A stretch of DNA of 64,000 nucleotides from a virus. Positions 44,264 to 54,018 of this stretch are shown here, in pieces; position 1 is the stretch's first letter; each line of letters opens with the position of its first letter. The stretch lies in IMG/VR virus record IMGVR_UViG_3300035698_005189, positions 34,095-98,094 of that record. The stretch is one strand, 5' to 3'. The translations under genes were made by a program, and so were the position numbers. The notes under the pieces were generated by a model. The model ran no database searches, was not told the DNA's origin, and was given only the letters and a program-made list of their open reading frames with translations.

Positions 44264-45636
44264 GCGTAGGCTCCTGGGTCGTCTGGGTCATCTCGCTTGG
44301 TGCCTGGCATGGAGGCCTCTTCGCACGGCACACCGAAGTCGGAGAAGGCTCCGCGCTCGTAGCCTGTGCGGACCTTGATGAGACGACCGTCCTCTGAGTC
44401 GCGGTACTTCCCAAGGTAGACACGGGCCTCTTGTCGCTGCTTTTCCTCGATGGTCCGGTTGATCGTCACGATGGCGTCAGCCACGCGGACCTTCTCATAG
44501 CAGTCGGCTACGTCACGCGGGCGGAGGACGTGTTCGCGGTCGTCTGCGCCCTTGTCGGGTCGGACGGCCTGGGACGGGGAGCAGACGGCGTAGCCACGAT
44601 GGCCCCGGTACTCGACCCGATCGGACAGGGCCTTCAGCTGCCTAAACCCATTCTTCTGGATCTCGACGGGTCGCTCGCCTGGGGCGTGGAGTAGGTCCCC
44701 ATAGTCCACGACGATAAGCTCCGGGACCCAGCCGAAGGATTGGCGTAGGTCCGATAGCTCACCCAGAAGGTCATCATAGGTGACGCGCCAGGCGTCACGG
44801 TCACCGAAGCCACGAGTGACGAGGTTCGTCCTCAGGATCTGGTACTCACGGCGCATCCGAGCCACGACGTCGTCTTCGAAGTGCCCGCGTCGGACCTCCT
44901 GATACATCGAGTCAGCGAATCGGGCCTCGTAGCGGTCCTCAGTCTTGCTGCGGCCACCCTCGAGGACGAAGTGGAGCACCCGACGCCGCAGGCGGGCCCC
45001 GACGAAGCCGCGCTGGACACACCAGAACGTCTTGCCGATACCTGAGTAGGCCAGGGGGACTTCCAGCTCGCCCCGGTGGAGGCCCCCGTTCATGGCGTCG
45101 TCGAGCAGTGACACACCAGACGGGAATGTATCGCCGCCTGTGTCGGTGTAGACGCGTCGCTCCTGGCGGTCGTCAAACTCCTCGAAGAACCAGCCACGGT
45201 CAGCCGTCTCCAGCTGGATATTCGTCATCTCGGATATTCGGGTCTGCATGGTGGCGGCTGCGGCATCGACCTCGCCACGGTTCCAGGCGGTCCGTGCCTC
45301 TTCGAACCCCATGGCGAACACCTGTCGTCGTGCCCACTCGAGCACCTGGGCCCCAGCGTAGGCGTCCTCACGCACATCGGCTGCCGTCAGGATGGCGGCG
45401 GCTCCCGCCCGGGCGGGGTCGCCATCGGCGAGGCGGGCCGCCTCTGTCTCGAGGGCGACAGGCCCAAGCTCAGCCGTCACGATGACCCGCCAGGCCCAGG
45501 CACTGGACGGGTCGGTGAACCCGAGCTGACCGGCGTCGTGGAAGCGACGCACAATCCCTCTCAGGCCTGGATCGTCCATGCAGGCCCTCACGAGGACCCG
45601 CTGGAACGACGTGCCGAACTCGGGGGCCCCGATCAC
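44260..45636 (-). CDS. dnaB: DnaB-like replicative helicase
   Basis: AYSGIGKT, VLE, IVVDYGD, SQ, GKYRD. Confidence 0.9.
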   Translation of the reverse strand: MIGAPEFGTSFQRVLVRACMDDPGLRGIVRRFHDAGQLGFTDPSSAWAWRVIVTAELGPVALETEAARLADGDPARAGAAAILTAADVREDAYAGAQVLEWARRQVFAMGFEEARTAWNRGEVDAAAATMQTRISEMTNIQLETADRGWFFEEFDDRQERRVYTDTGGDTFPSGVSLLDDAMNGGLHRGELEVPLAYSGIGKTFWCVQRGFVGARLRRRVLHFVLEGGRSKTEDRYEARFADSMYQEVRRGHFEDDVVARMRREYQILRTNLVTRGFGDRDAWRVTYDDLLGELSDLRQSFGWVPELIVVDYGDLLHAPGERPVEIQKNGFRQLKALSDRVEYRGHRGYAVCSPSQAVRPDKGADDREHVLRPRDVADCYEKVRVADAIVTINRTIEEKQRQEARVYLGKYRDSEDGRLIKVRTGYERGAFSDFGVPCEEASMPGTKRDDPDDPGAYA

Positions 45637-46097
45637 ACGTCGACGCGGGGCGCGAAGAATCTGCGGACAGCGACTGTAGCGGCGTCTTCTTCGGGACCGA
45701 AGACTTCGATCTCACCATCCCGGTCGTAGGGGATGGTGACGACAATCGCCCTGGAAGCCATCTCCGTGATCATGGCTGCGGCTGCCGCCATGACAGCCTC
45801 CTGCGTCGGGGGGCGGGCGATCTCGCTCATCACTACGATGGGGACGTTGGCCACCTGTGACGGCCAGACCACGAGGCCGAAGTGGTCGGGGCGGTCGTTG
45901 TCCCCTCCGAGGCCGTCCAGCCACGCGCAGCGGAAGGTGGAGCACGGGGCCGTCCTGGTGGAGTAGCTGCGACACTTGCCGCCGGCACTCTTGGGATGGG
46001 CTGCCAGGGGGCAGGGCTCTCGTCCTGACTTCACGCCGGGCACTGTGATCACATCGCAGCAGGCACCGCAGCCGCCACAGGTTCTGATCTCTGACAT
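45633..46097 (-). CDS. CxxCxxCC (YkgJ-like) protein
   Basis: CGGCGACC...CRSY...CSTFRCAWL...RPD. Confidence 0.8.
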   Translation of the reverse strand: MSEIRTCGGCGACCDVITVPGVKSGREPCPLAAHPKSAGGKCRSYSTRTAPCSTFRCAWLDGLGGDNDRPDHFGLVVWPSQVANVPIVVMSEIARPPTQEAVMAAAAAMITEMASRAIVVTIPYDRDGEIEVFGPEEDAATVAVRRFFAPRVDV

Positions 46098-46108
46098 ACT
46101 CGTCTCCG

Positions 46109-46576
46109 TTACCGGCAGCGGGCCCTTTCAGGGCACGATCGGCAGTGTTTGCTCAGCGGGTTGAATCCGAGGGTGAGCGTGACGGCTGACAGCCGACATA
46201 GGGTCCGGTCGCTGACGTAGGCAGCCTTGGCTGCCTCAGCCAGAGGCCTGAGCTTGCCGCCGGGACCGGTGGGCTCGATCTCCACCGTCTCGCCGAGGGC
46301 TTCGTCGCCAGCGGTGCGTGCCTGCTTGTCGTCTCCGAAGGTCCTGAACTTCTCGAGGAACTTCGGAGACCACAGGGTCTTGACCGGTATCCTGAAGCGA
46401 TAACCGATCGCGTCGTGACGAGCCATGACCCAGCGCACAGGGTCGACCCCAGCCGCCTCGGCCTTGGTCAGGAACGTAGAGACGAACCTGGACAGGCCTG
46501 CCGTCAAGCGAGCCGGGCGGACGCCGCAGCGCGACGTCACCCGGTTGTACTCCTTGACGAAGGCGGCTGGTGTCAC
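46109..46576 (-). CDS. Hypothetical protein with C-terminal Cys cluster
   Basis: 155 aa; HCRSCPERARC. Confidence 0.7.
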   Translation of the reverse strand: MTPAAFVKEYNRVTSRCGVRPARLTAGLSRFVSTFLTKAEAAGVDPVRWVMARHDAIGYRFRIPVKTLWSPKFLEKFRTFGDDKQARTAGDEALGETVEIEPTGPGGKLRPLAEAAKAAYVSDRTLCRLSAVTLTLGFNPLSKHCRSCPERARCR

Positions 46577-47226
46577 GACTGGCTGGCCTGGCCTGCGTGG
46601 GTGGCCTGGCCTTCAGGGGGCTGCGGGCGGGGGCTGTCTTCGGTGAGCCCTTTCATGAGGGCGACCTCGGCCTCATAGTCCTCGACCTCAACACTGCCGC
46701 CGACGAACAAGGTCAGGTCGGCATACTCCGGGAGGGGCGTGACGTTCAGACCAACACAGGCGGCCTCGTACGAGGCCAGGATGGTCTGCAGGGTCCCGAG
46801 AAGCGGACCACGGCAGCCGATAAGGAGCGGGCGGAGGCGAAGCAGAAGGAACCCGTGCCCACGACGAGCCCAGTAGTCGGCCAGACCGTCGGCCGTCAGC
46901 TCTGGGCCGCCGTCCCAGACGATGACGTTGTCGCCGCTGGAGGGACGGGGGAGGCCCCTGCTCTCGATGGGCGGGATCACTCCGACCTCCACGGCTGCGT
47001 CGAGGATGTCGGACAGAGCCTGATCCATCGTGTTTCCGGTGGTCTTCTGCACGGCGACTCTCAGGTGAGCCATCCCGTCTTCGCCAAGTTTCGCCTTCCA
47101 GTATTCTACGGACACGTCGGCCTCCAGGCCTTGGGGGAAGTGGTACGTCGCCGTCGGCCCTACTGCGCTGCCTTCTCCAACCAGCCAAGCATGTCGCCAC
47201 CGTTGATGACCTCGGACTCGAAGCAC
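46573..47226 (-). CDS. Hypothetical protein (start uncertain)
   Basis: ORF fills the gap between helicase and next gene. Confidence 0.55.
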   Translation of the reverse strand: MLRVRGHQRWRHAWLVGEGSAVGPTATYHFPQGLEADVSVEYWKAKLGEDGMAHLRVAVQKTTGNTMDQALSDILDAAVEVGVIPPIESRGLPRPSSGDNVIVWDGGPELTADGLADYWARRGHGFLLLRLRPLLIGCRGPLLGTLQTILASYEAACVGLNVTPLPEYADLTLFVGGSVEVEDYEAEVALMKGLTEDSPRPQPPEGQATHAGQASQS

Positions 47227-48761
47227 TTCTCCTGGCGGTACAGGCTGAGTCGCTCAGCCGCGTGCCGGGTCAGTTGATCGTGGTGGTCATCCGCAAAGTC
47301 GACCACGATCCCAGCCTCCTTGCCTTCCGACACGGTGAGCACCCGGAAGTAGTCCTGTACGACCCGAATCCGACTGCGACCGCCAGCAGCGTAGACCATC
47401 CCATCGGCGGCTGGGATGTCCCGGCCCTCACCGATCACTGAGGTTCCGATCACGACTGAGACCTTATGGGCCTGGAGGTCCAGGAGCGCCTGGGTAGCTG
47501 CTTTGTTGTCGCGTCCATCCACAGCCACCGCCCCGGGGATGGCTCGCGCCAGCGCCTCGGCATGGAGGACCTCCCGGCACAGGACCAGGACTCGTCGCCC
47601 GGCCTTGGACATGGCGTAGGCTGCGTCAGCGATGAGGCCGTTTCGCCCAGCATGGTTGACCACGCCGAGCCGGTAGGCCTCGTTGCCGCTGGCATCGGAC
47701 CAGCCGCCGACCCGGACCATGGCTACCTTGGCTGGCGTGACGAAGCCGAGGTCGACCATGTCGGACACAGAGCGCCGGTAGGCAGTGCGCCCGATAACGC
47801 TCCGCATGAGAAGGTCGAGGCCGTCGTCTCTGTAGTTGGTCCCTGTGAGGCCAAGCCGATACCGGGCGGTGGCGGCTGCCATGGCGACGTCGCGCCAGGT
47901 GTTCGACGCGCCGTGGTGGAACTCGTCAAACACCAGGACCTGGCGGGCCCTGATCCCGGCCATCCCGGGACATGCGATGCGGCGGCCTCGCTTGTCCTTG
48001 CCCGGGCGTCGGCCAGCTGCCGTCTGGGGTGTGGCGACCCAGATATCGGCTGCGTCGAGCTTCCGCTGAGCCACGGCGCTCTTCGCTCCGCCGCCGGTGA
48101 CCCTTACGATCTTAGCGTCTGGGAGCACCTCGGACAAGGCGATGACGGTCTGGCCTGCCAGGCCCACCGTGGGTGCGATCCAGAGGGTCGGGAGGCCGAG
48201 CCTACCGACGAAGGCCGCGCCGATACGAGTCTTGCCTGACCTGGGTGGGAGGTCCACCGTCCCGCGTCCTGTGATCATCACTGAGTCAACGGCTTCGGCC
48301 TGGTACGGTCGGAGGGGGACCGGGGGGCCGTACTGACCCGGACGGAGGGCGACGTCTTCTCGCTCGTCGATGATCTGGGTGGTCGAGTACATCTGATGGT
48401 CAATCGCCCTGACAACGTGCTTGAGTAGCCCTGTGGGGAACACACCGTCTACGCCGACCATCGTTTTCCAGCCGTCCCACAGGCCTGGGGAGCGCAGGAC
48501 CGATTCGAGCTGCGCGGGTGTGAGACCCTCAAACTGTGTATCGTGCATGATGGCTGCAACGTCTGGATCGCCTTCCAAGGCCAGGATGTCCTGGGCGGTG
48601 CCGTGGCGGCGATGCGTAGAGAAGAAACCCTTGATGGCGGCCTGGACCTGGCGGGGTGGCCGATCCTCCGCCCGGTACGACACAAACTCCCTGACGACGT
48701 CCAGGGTTGCCCGGGTACACTCCAGCCGGCTGGTGGCGTTGCCGACCCTGACGGTAGTCAT
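47160..48761 (-). CDS. uvsW: UvsW-like superfamily 2 helicase
   Basis: LRPYQ, PPRSGKT, DEFHH, GLTGT, GEGRDIP. Confidence 0.9.
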   Translation of the reverse strand: MTTVRVGNATSRLECTRATLDVVREFVSYRAEDRPPRQVQAAIKGFFSTHRRHGTAQDILALEGDPDVAAIMHDTQFEGLTPAQLESVLRSPGLWDGWKTMVGVDGVFPTGLLKHVVRAIDHQMYSTTQIIDEREDVALRPGQYGPPVPLRPYQAEAVDSVMITGRGTVDLPPRSGKTRIGAAFVGRLGLPTLWIAPTVGLAGQTVIALSEVLPDAKIVRVTGGGAKSAVAQRKLDAADIWVATPQTAAGRRPGKDKRGRRIACPGMAGIRARQVLVFDEFHHGASNTWRDVAMAAATARYRLGLTGTNYRDDGLDLLMRSVIGRTAYRRSVSDMVDLGFVTPAKVAMVRVGGWSDASGNEAYRLGVVNHAGRNGLIADAAYAMSKAGRRVLVLCREVLHAEALARAIPGAVAVDGRDNKAATQALLDLQAHKVSVVIGTSVIGEGRDIPAADGMVYAAGGRSRIRVVQDYFRVLTVSEGKEAGIVVDFADDHHDQLTRHAAERLSLYRQEKCFESEVINGGDMLGWLEKAAQ

Positions 48762-48762
48762 G

Positions 48763-49218
48763 TCAGATCCTGGGGGTCGTGTCAGCGACACGGCCCTCGG
48801 GGATAAGACTTGTCTTATCCCGGTTGTCTGTTCCTCTTGTCTGTTCCCACCTGACAGCGCTGTCCCTCGTACGAATGTCAGGACTGTCCCCTATACGACG
48901 TGAGATGGGGGTCAGGATCGCATATTGCTGCCTGATCTGGCTAACATGGTGGGCCTCTTTTAGGATGAGGTCGGCTGCCTCGAGTTCAGCCAGGGCACGC
49001 GACACCGACCGTTCTGAGATGCGGGCATCCTTGGCCAGGGTGGTCCGCTTTGGGTCGCATCGTCCAGTCTTCCAGTTGAAGTGCCCCATGAGTGCGATCA
49101 GGGTGAGGATGCCGCTACGACTGAGGGCGGAGAACTCGGGGGAGCCGGTGACGCACTGACGTAGGATGGCGAAGCGGTCATCTGGCGGAAGGTCGCGCCT
49201 GATATCGAACTGGTGCAT
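48763..49218 (-). CDS. Winged-helix (HTH_36-like) protein
   Basis: HFNWKTGRCDPKRTTLAKDARISERSVSRALAELEAADLI. Confidence 0.8.
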   Translation of the reverse strand: MHQFDIRRDLPPDDRFAILRQCVTGSPEFSALSRSGILTLIALMGHFNWKTGRCDPKRTTLAKDARISERSVSRALAELEAADLILKEAHHVSQIRQQYAILTPISRRIGDSPDIRTRDSAVRWEQTRGTDNRDKTSLIPEGRVADTTPRI

Positions 49219-49503
49219 TTACGCCTCTACAACCAGGGAGGTCATCTCGGTGCTTCTGATGAGTCCGACTGCTGTCGCCTCAGTCATGCCGGCTACGGTC
49301 TCTTCGGGGGTCAGCCCAGTCTCACGAGCCAGGTCGGTCCAGGTCGTCTGGATCTCACCTGTGCCCGGGTCCACCGCCCAGCGGACGAAGATGTAGACGA
49401 GCAGTCCCTCGCGGGACAGCCCGATAAACGCTTGCGACTCGAGCACTTCGGCGTAGATCAAGACGAAGCGCATACCCGGGAGGACGTTCTGGGCAGCGGA
49501 CAT
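49219..49503 (-). CDS. Winged-helix protein
   Basis: LSREGLLVY...TGEIQTTWTDLARETGLTPEET...GLI. Confidence 0.7.
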   Translation of the reverse strand: MSAAQNVLPGMRFVLIYAEVLESQAFIGLSREGLLVYIFVRWAVDPGTGEIQTTWTDLARETGLTPEETVAGMTEATAVGLIRSTEMTSLVVEA

Positions 49504-49508
49504 GGCTC

Positions 49509-49545
49509 ACCTCCAGGCCGGTCTGTCGCCAGCCGTCCTGGAGGT
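49509..49545 (-). promoter_or_regulatory. Hairpin sequestering the RBS of the first replication-module gene
   Basis: ACCTCCAGG...CCTGGAGGT stem; the GGAGGT SD of ATG 49503 is in the stem. Confidence 0.45.
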
Positions 49546-49554
49546 TGCCTCGTC

Positions 49555-49797
49555 TCAGTCCTCGTCGAACAAGTCGACGGCGGTCGCCAGGCCGATGCGG
49601 AAGCCGGTCTGAGCCAGGCGATGCATCTCTTCGGCAGTCACCTGCAGGTCGGACACGGCCACCAAGATCTCTTCGGCGTAGGCCTTGAGGGCTTCGCGGA
49701 GGTCGACGCGCTCGGCTTCGGAGAGCTGCGGGCGGCGGATGCGGATGCGCTTCAGGAGGTTGCGGATCGGGGTCTTGCGATTCTTGTCTTTCGACAT
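49555..49797 (-). CDS. Hypothetical protein
   Basis: 80 aa, GGAG RBS. Confidence 0.7.
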   Translation of the reverse strand: MSKDKNRKTPIRNLLKRIRIRRPQLSEAERVDLREALKAYAEEILVAVSDLQVTAEEMHRLAQTGFRIGLATAVDLFDED

Positions 49798-49830
49798 GGA
49801 GGCTCCATGGGTTGGGTGGTCGGTCAGGGG

Positions 49831-51201
49831 TCAGGCGGGGCCAAGCTCGGCAGTAGCGAATACCACGATGCCGCCATAGATGACAGGCCCGTTTCCGTCG
49901 ACGGTGCCTTCGGACCGGAGGATCAGGCGGTGGTCGTAGGTGTTGTCAGGGCTCTCGTGGCTGATGATCAGGGTATCGAGGTCAGGTAGGACAGCAGGCC
50001 CCAGCTGGTTCCCGCCGTTGATGATCCCGGTCGCGTGCGTCACCCAGACACCCGCGAAGGCGGTGTTGCCGACCCGGTACTGGTAGGACCAGACGATTCG
50101 GTTAGCCGCGTTGATCTCGGCGGCTACTGTCTGCTGGTTCCAGGCAATAACGATAGCCGTAACGTAGGCGTCGGAGTCGTCGAACGAATACTGCCCGAAG
50201 ATGGTGTTGAAGTCGAGGATCAGGTCAGGCCCGGCGGCGTCACCAGCCTCGTAGCCGAGGTAGGCTGGGGCGGTCCCGTCGTTATTCGGCCCGAAGCGAA
50301 CCGTGTGGCCGTTGGTGGAGTAGCGGTCCCACTGGAGCTGAGCGAAGGTCCAGCGCTTGGGAACCGCCTTGTCGACGTCGAACTCCGGGAAGTCGCCGAT
50401 GATGCAGCCTGCACTGAAGGTCGGCTGGGAGCCGTGCGGGTCTACGGTGTCGGCGGCGTGCACGGCGTAATCTTGCAGCGTGTAGAGAGGCAGCTCGTAC
50501 CACTGATGTCCTGAGCCGATAATCGCAGCCAGCTGGGTGCGGACGGCCTGCACCCAGGTATGGAGGTCCTTGACTCCGTTCAGCGTACGAGTGAAGGAGC
50601 GGTCGGTGCCTCCGCCCCACTCCGCTGGGTAGCCGGCGGTGGAGTCGCCCTCGAAGAACAAGTAGCCGCCTGGGACGATGGCCGAGACTGCGGCCCCGTT
50701 CCAGGTGAAAGTGCCAGTCGCAATCCACTCAGCGCCGGGCGTGGCGACTTCGGCCCGCACATCCCACGCAGCGACGTACCTGGTGTCCGTGGACGTCGGC
50801 ACCTCAGCGCTGAGGGTGTCATTCCATACGACCCGGCTGCCGACATCGCCAGCGGTGAACGACGGGCGGACCCAGACGCTATAGGCGGCAGCCGGCCGAC
50901 CAGTCATGTCGACGATCTGGCTGGCCTGGCCCTCAAGGCCGAACAAGGTCCCGCGCTCGATGGTGCCGTCATCGAGGACATCCGACGTGCAGCCGACTCC
51001 CGCTGTGACCTGGACCTCGGCTGGGTTGGCCGTGGCGGCGCAGACGAAGACACCCATGAGTCGGGAGTTGTCGCCTCCATACAGGAAGGCGCGAATAGCC
51101 GACCTCGTCTCGGACCTGGCTCCTGACTGGATGGCCAGGACGTCTGGGCGGTCGAGGCGCTCGCCAGGGATGAGTCGGACGCGATCTCTTGGGGTAGCCA
51201 C
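49831..51201 (-). CDS. Tail fibre / baseplate-attached protein
   Basis: Last large gene of the baseplate block; beta-rich; H...DPHG motif. Confidence 0.6.
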   Translation of the reverse strand: MATPRDRVRLIPGERLDRPDVLAIQSGARSETRSAIRAFLYGGDNSRLMGVFVCAATANPAEVQVTAGVGCTSDVLDDGTIERGTLFGLEGQASQIVDMTGRPAAAYSVWVRPSFTAGDVGSRVVWNDTLSAEVPTSTDTRYVAAWDVRAEVATPGAEWIATGTFTWNGAAVSAIVPGGYLFFEGDSTAGYPAEWGGGTDRSFTRTLNGVKDLHTWVQAVRTQLAAIIGSGHQWYELPLYTLQDYAVHAADTVDPHGSQPTFSAGCIIGDFPEFDVDKAVPKRWTFAQLQWDRYSTNGHTVRFGPNNDGTAPAYLGYEAGDAAGPDLILDFNTIFGQYSFDDSDAYVTAIVIAWNQQTVAAEINAANRIVWSYQYRVGNTAFAGVWVTHATGIINGGNQLGPAVLPDLDTLIISHESPDNTYDHRLILRSEGTVDGNGPVIYGGIVVFATAELGPA

Positions 51202-51210
51202 TGTGGACTC

Positions 51211-53031
51211 CTACGGCATGACGATGGCGAGCACACCGGCGACAGTGAGAAGGTCAAGGACCTCCTGCACTCCAGCGGCGGGATCGTACAGGTAGAGAGG
51301 ACCCGGGTCGGCCCCGGCCTCACCGGCGTCGGCCATGATCTCGGCTGACGGGGTGGTCGTGTAGTCGACCAGGACGTTGACAGGGAGAGGGACCTTGGTC
51401 GTGAGTGTCAGTCCAGCGACAGAGACCCTTAGCACGGCGGCTGTGCTCGACGCACTCGGGAAGTCCGGGCGCAGGGTCCAGCCGACACCAGGACTGGACG
51501 AGAATACCGCGCCGGTCAGCCTGACTTCGTAGTCGGAGATGACCTCAGCGACAGGGTAGGTACCGGCACCGGGGCCTGTTAGGATTACGACGGTGTGGCC
51601 TACCATCCAGCTTCTGAATATGTCGTATTCCGCCGTCAGGACGTCCGGATCGCCTACGTTGGTGCTCCCGGTCTCTACAGGCCGACCAAGGTAGGCATCC
51701 GTGAGGCCGTATACCTCCAAGATCTCCCACGTCTGGACCCCGCCGATGGTCACCCAGCCACCGACGTCGCTGGCTACCCACTCGCCTGTAGGCGAGATGA
51801 GGACTGTCGGCCGGATGGCGAGTGTATAGACGGTGAAGCCGTAGGATGTGTAGTTGGTGGCGGCCCGGGTAGGGTCGGCCGCGTCCCAGATCCCGTAGAC
51901 CACAGAAGGCGCATGAGCGATATCGACTGTGACTATGGATGTGCGGGGCTGGGATTCGCCGCCGACGAGGTAGCCCCGACCCGACGGGGCTGCGCCACTC
52001 GAGGCGGTGGAGCGGACGAAGACCCTGGAGGGGTAGGTGACTGGATCTTCGTAGAGTTCGTAATTTCCTACCCCCAGAAGGGCGTCGAGAACCTTCGTAA
52101 TCCCGTACACGGTGCCTGCGTCGGCGAAGGCCATCGCCATGATGATGAGCCGGTAGGTTGGGTCACCAACCCCTGCTGGGCGATTCAGGCCGTAGTTGCG
52201 GCCGATGACGTCCAGGTCTACGCCTTCGGCGTGAGCGACGAGGAACGACAGCCGGACAAGGTCGAGATCTGTCCGGGTGCGGGACACGTCCAAGCACGAC
52301 GCACCAGCCACGATGGCGATAGGGAACCCAGCAAGCCCTGTCTCTGAGTCCACCAGCCCCGTGAGGGTGGTTGCGGTGCGCCCGGAGTAGGCTCCCACGC
52401 GCCCAGAGACTGCCACCAGCCCAGAGTTGGGCCATCGGTGGGTACCGAGGACCGGGAGCGTTGAGACGCCAGCCAGGAGGTCTGAGGACGTTATCGTCAT
52501 CATCGCGCCCGAGGTCGCGTCGATCTCGTCTGCGATGGCTGACAGGAGGCTACCCAGTAGTCCCACCTCACCGACCGTAGCCACTTCGTCTTCTACGCGG
52601 TACGGACCAGCTGCCCGGGGAGGTGGATGGGCGGATCGCATACCATACAGGCGGGAAGCCCAGGCCCGGGGCACGACGGTAACGGCGGCTGTCGCTGTGA
52701 AGGTGGAGCCGTCTGAGCCGTCTACCCGCAGGTCGTAGGTCCCGGGAGCCACCGGGGGCGACACGAAGTCAGCCTCGAGGCCGTCGGACGTGTAGGCGAC
52801 GTTGCCGGACCCGACCACGCCCGAGTAGCAGGCTACGTCCACGCCCCCGACGATCAAGAAGAACTCGAGGCCAATCCCGGTAGGGAACGACCCCACAGCC
52901 GTAAGTTCCCAGCCTCCGTCGTCGGCGGGCTCACCATCGATGTGGTCGATGGCCAGCGGAGCGGTAGTCGGTCCAGACAGGATGGCGTCCGACAGAAGCT
53001 CTACCGCGTGGAGGGGCGGGAGGGTGAGCAC
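51211..53031 (-). CDS. Baseplate wedge protein with N-terminal Ig-like domain
   Basis: AEGVDLDVIGRNYGLNRP...DPTYR motif; PGTYDLRV Ig-like strand. Confidence 0.7.
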   Translation of the reverse strand: MLTLPPLHAVELLSDAILSGPTTAPLAIDHIDGEPADDGGWELTAVGSFPTGIGLEFFLIVGGVDVACYSGVVGSGNVAYTSDGLEADFVSPPVAPGTYDLRVDGSDGSTFTATAAVTVVPRAWASRLYGMRSAHPPPRAAGPYRVEDEVATVGEVGLLGSLLSAIADEIDATSGAMMTITSSDLLAGVSTLPVLGTHRWPNSGLVAVSGRVGAYSGRTATTLTGLVDSETGLAGFPIAIVAGASCLDVSRTRTDLDLVRLSFLVAHAEGVDLDVIGRNYGLNRPAGVGDPTYRLIIMAMAFADAGTVYGITKVLDALLGVGNYELYEDPVTYPSRVFVRSTASSGAAPSGRGYLVGGESQPRTSIVTVDIAHAPSVVYGIWDAADPTRAATNYTSYGFTVYTLAIRPTVLISPTGEWVASDVGGWVTIGGVQTWEILEVYGLTDAYLGRPVETGSTNVGDPDVLTAEYDIFRSWMVGHTVVILTGPGAGTYPVAEVISDYEVRLTGAVFSSSPGVGWTLRPDFPSASSTAAVLRVSVAGLTLTTKVPLPVNVLVDYTTTPSAEIMADAGEAGADPGPLYLYDPAAGVQEVLDLLTVAGVLAIVMP

Positions 53032-54018
53032 TTAGATCTCCTTGGTGGAGGTGTAGTCGGTGAGACGAAGGCTCCCGTCATAGGTGCCGGTGACGGCATA
53101 CTTCCCGACCGCCAGTGCCCAGGGGGCGGAGTCGGCCAGGAGGTCGGCCTTGGAGTCGTACACCAGGACGATCCCTGCGGTGGGCTGGCCGTCGGCGTTC
53201 CAGGCCGAGTTGACGGCGCGCACGTTCGACTGACGGAGCCCAAGCATCCGCTTGAGGTCGTCACCCAGCGAGCCGCCGGTGTGACCAGCGACCGACTCTT
53301 CCAACATCTCGAACGCGGTCGGGTCGGACCCACTCTGGATGTACAGGAGATCGCCGATGGCGATGCCGCCGGAGATGGCGGCTCCGGTGAGGGTCCTGAT
53401 CTCGAACCCGTTCGGGCCGGCGCTAATGGTCTGGACTCGTACCGGAGTCAGGCGGGGTCCTGGCTGCGACAGGATACCGAAGCGGCCCTCATGGACTGCG
53501 GCCCGGGCGGGGGTGGCGGTGGCGGCGGCGAACTTGAGCCCAGGCACATCGTTGGCGGTGCAGACGTGTTGGTCGGTCACCTCGGAGAACGAGGTTAGGA
53601 GGTGGACTGCGCCCCACTGATCCGAGAAGGTGCTGGCCCCGAGGGTGTAGTCGGCTGGCTTCGCGGAGAAGACCTCATGGGCGGGGTCAAAGGCCAGCTC
53701 GATCGTGATGTACTGGAGGATGGGGGTCACAGCTTCTACGACGTGGAACGTGTAGCCGTCGGCGAAGGAACCAGTGTAGCCCAGCGACCCGCTTGGGATC
53801 AGGTACTCGTACACCCCAGGCAGGTTGACAGCGTCGGGCTCGGTCAGGGCGTTTACGACATAGGCGTTGGCCCAGGAGGCTCCACCAACCGCCAGATACT
53901 TTCCATCGGCGTTGCGGCGGATGGCGACCGTAGGGGCCAGGGCAGGAACTCCAGCGCCTGCTACGACGATGGCAAGTGAGACCTTGATCTTTTTCCATCG
54001 CTGGACTTCGGTAAGCAT
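53032..54018 (-). CDS. Virion structural protein (baseplate region)
   Basis: Position between baseplate J and wedge. Confidence 0.55.
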   Translation of the reverse strand: MLTEVQRWKKIKVSLAIVVAGAGVPALAPTVAIRRNADGKYLAVGGASWANAYVVNALTEPDAVNLPGVYEYLIPSGSLGYTGSFADGYTFHVVEAVTPILQYITIELAFDPAHEVFSAKPADYTLGASTFSDQWGAVHLLTSFSEVTDQHVCTANDVPGLKFAAATATPARAAVHEGRFGILSQPGPRLTPVRVQTISAGPNGFEIRTLTGAAISGGIAIGDLLYIQSGSDPTAFEMLEESVAGHTGGSLGDDLKRMLGLRQSNVRAVNSAWNADGQPTAGIVLVYDSKADLLADSAPWALAVGKYAVTGTYDGSLRLTDYTSTKEI

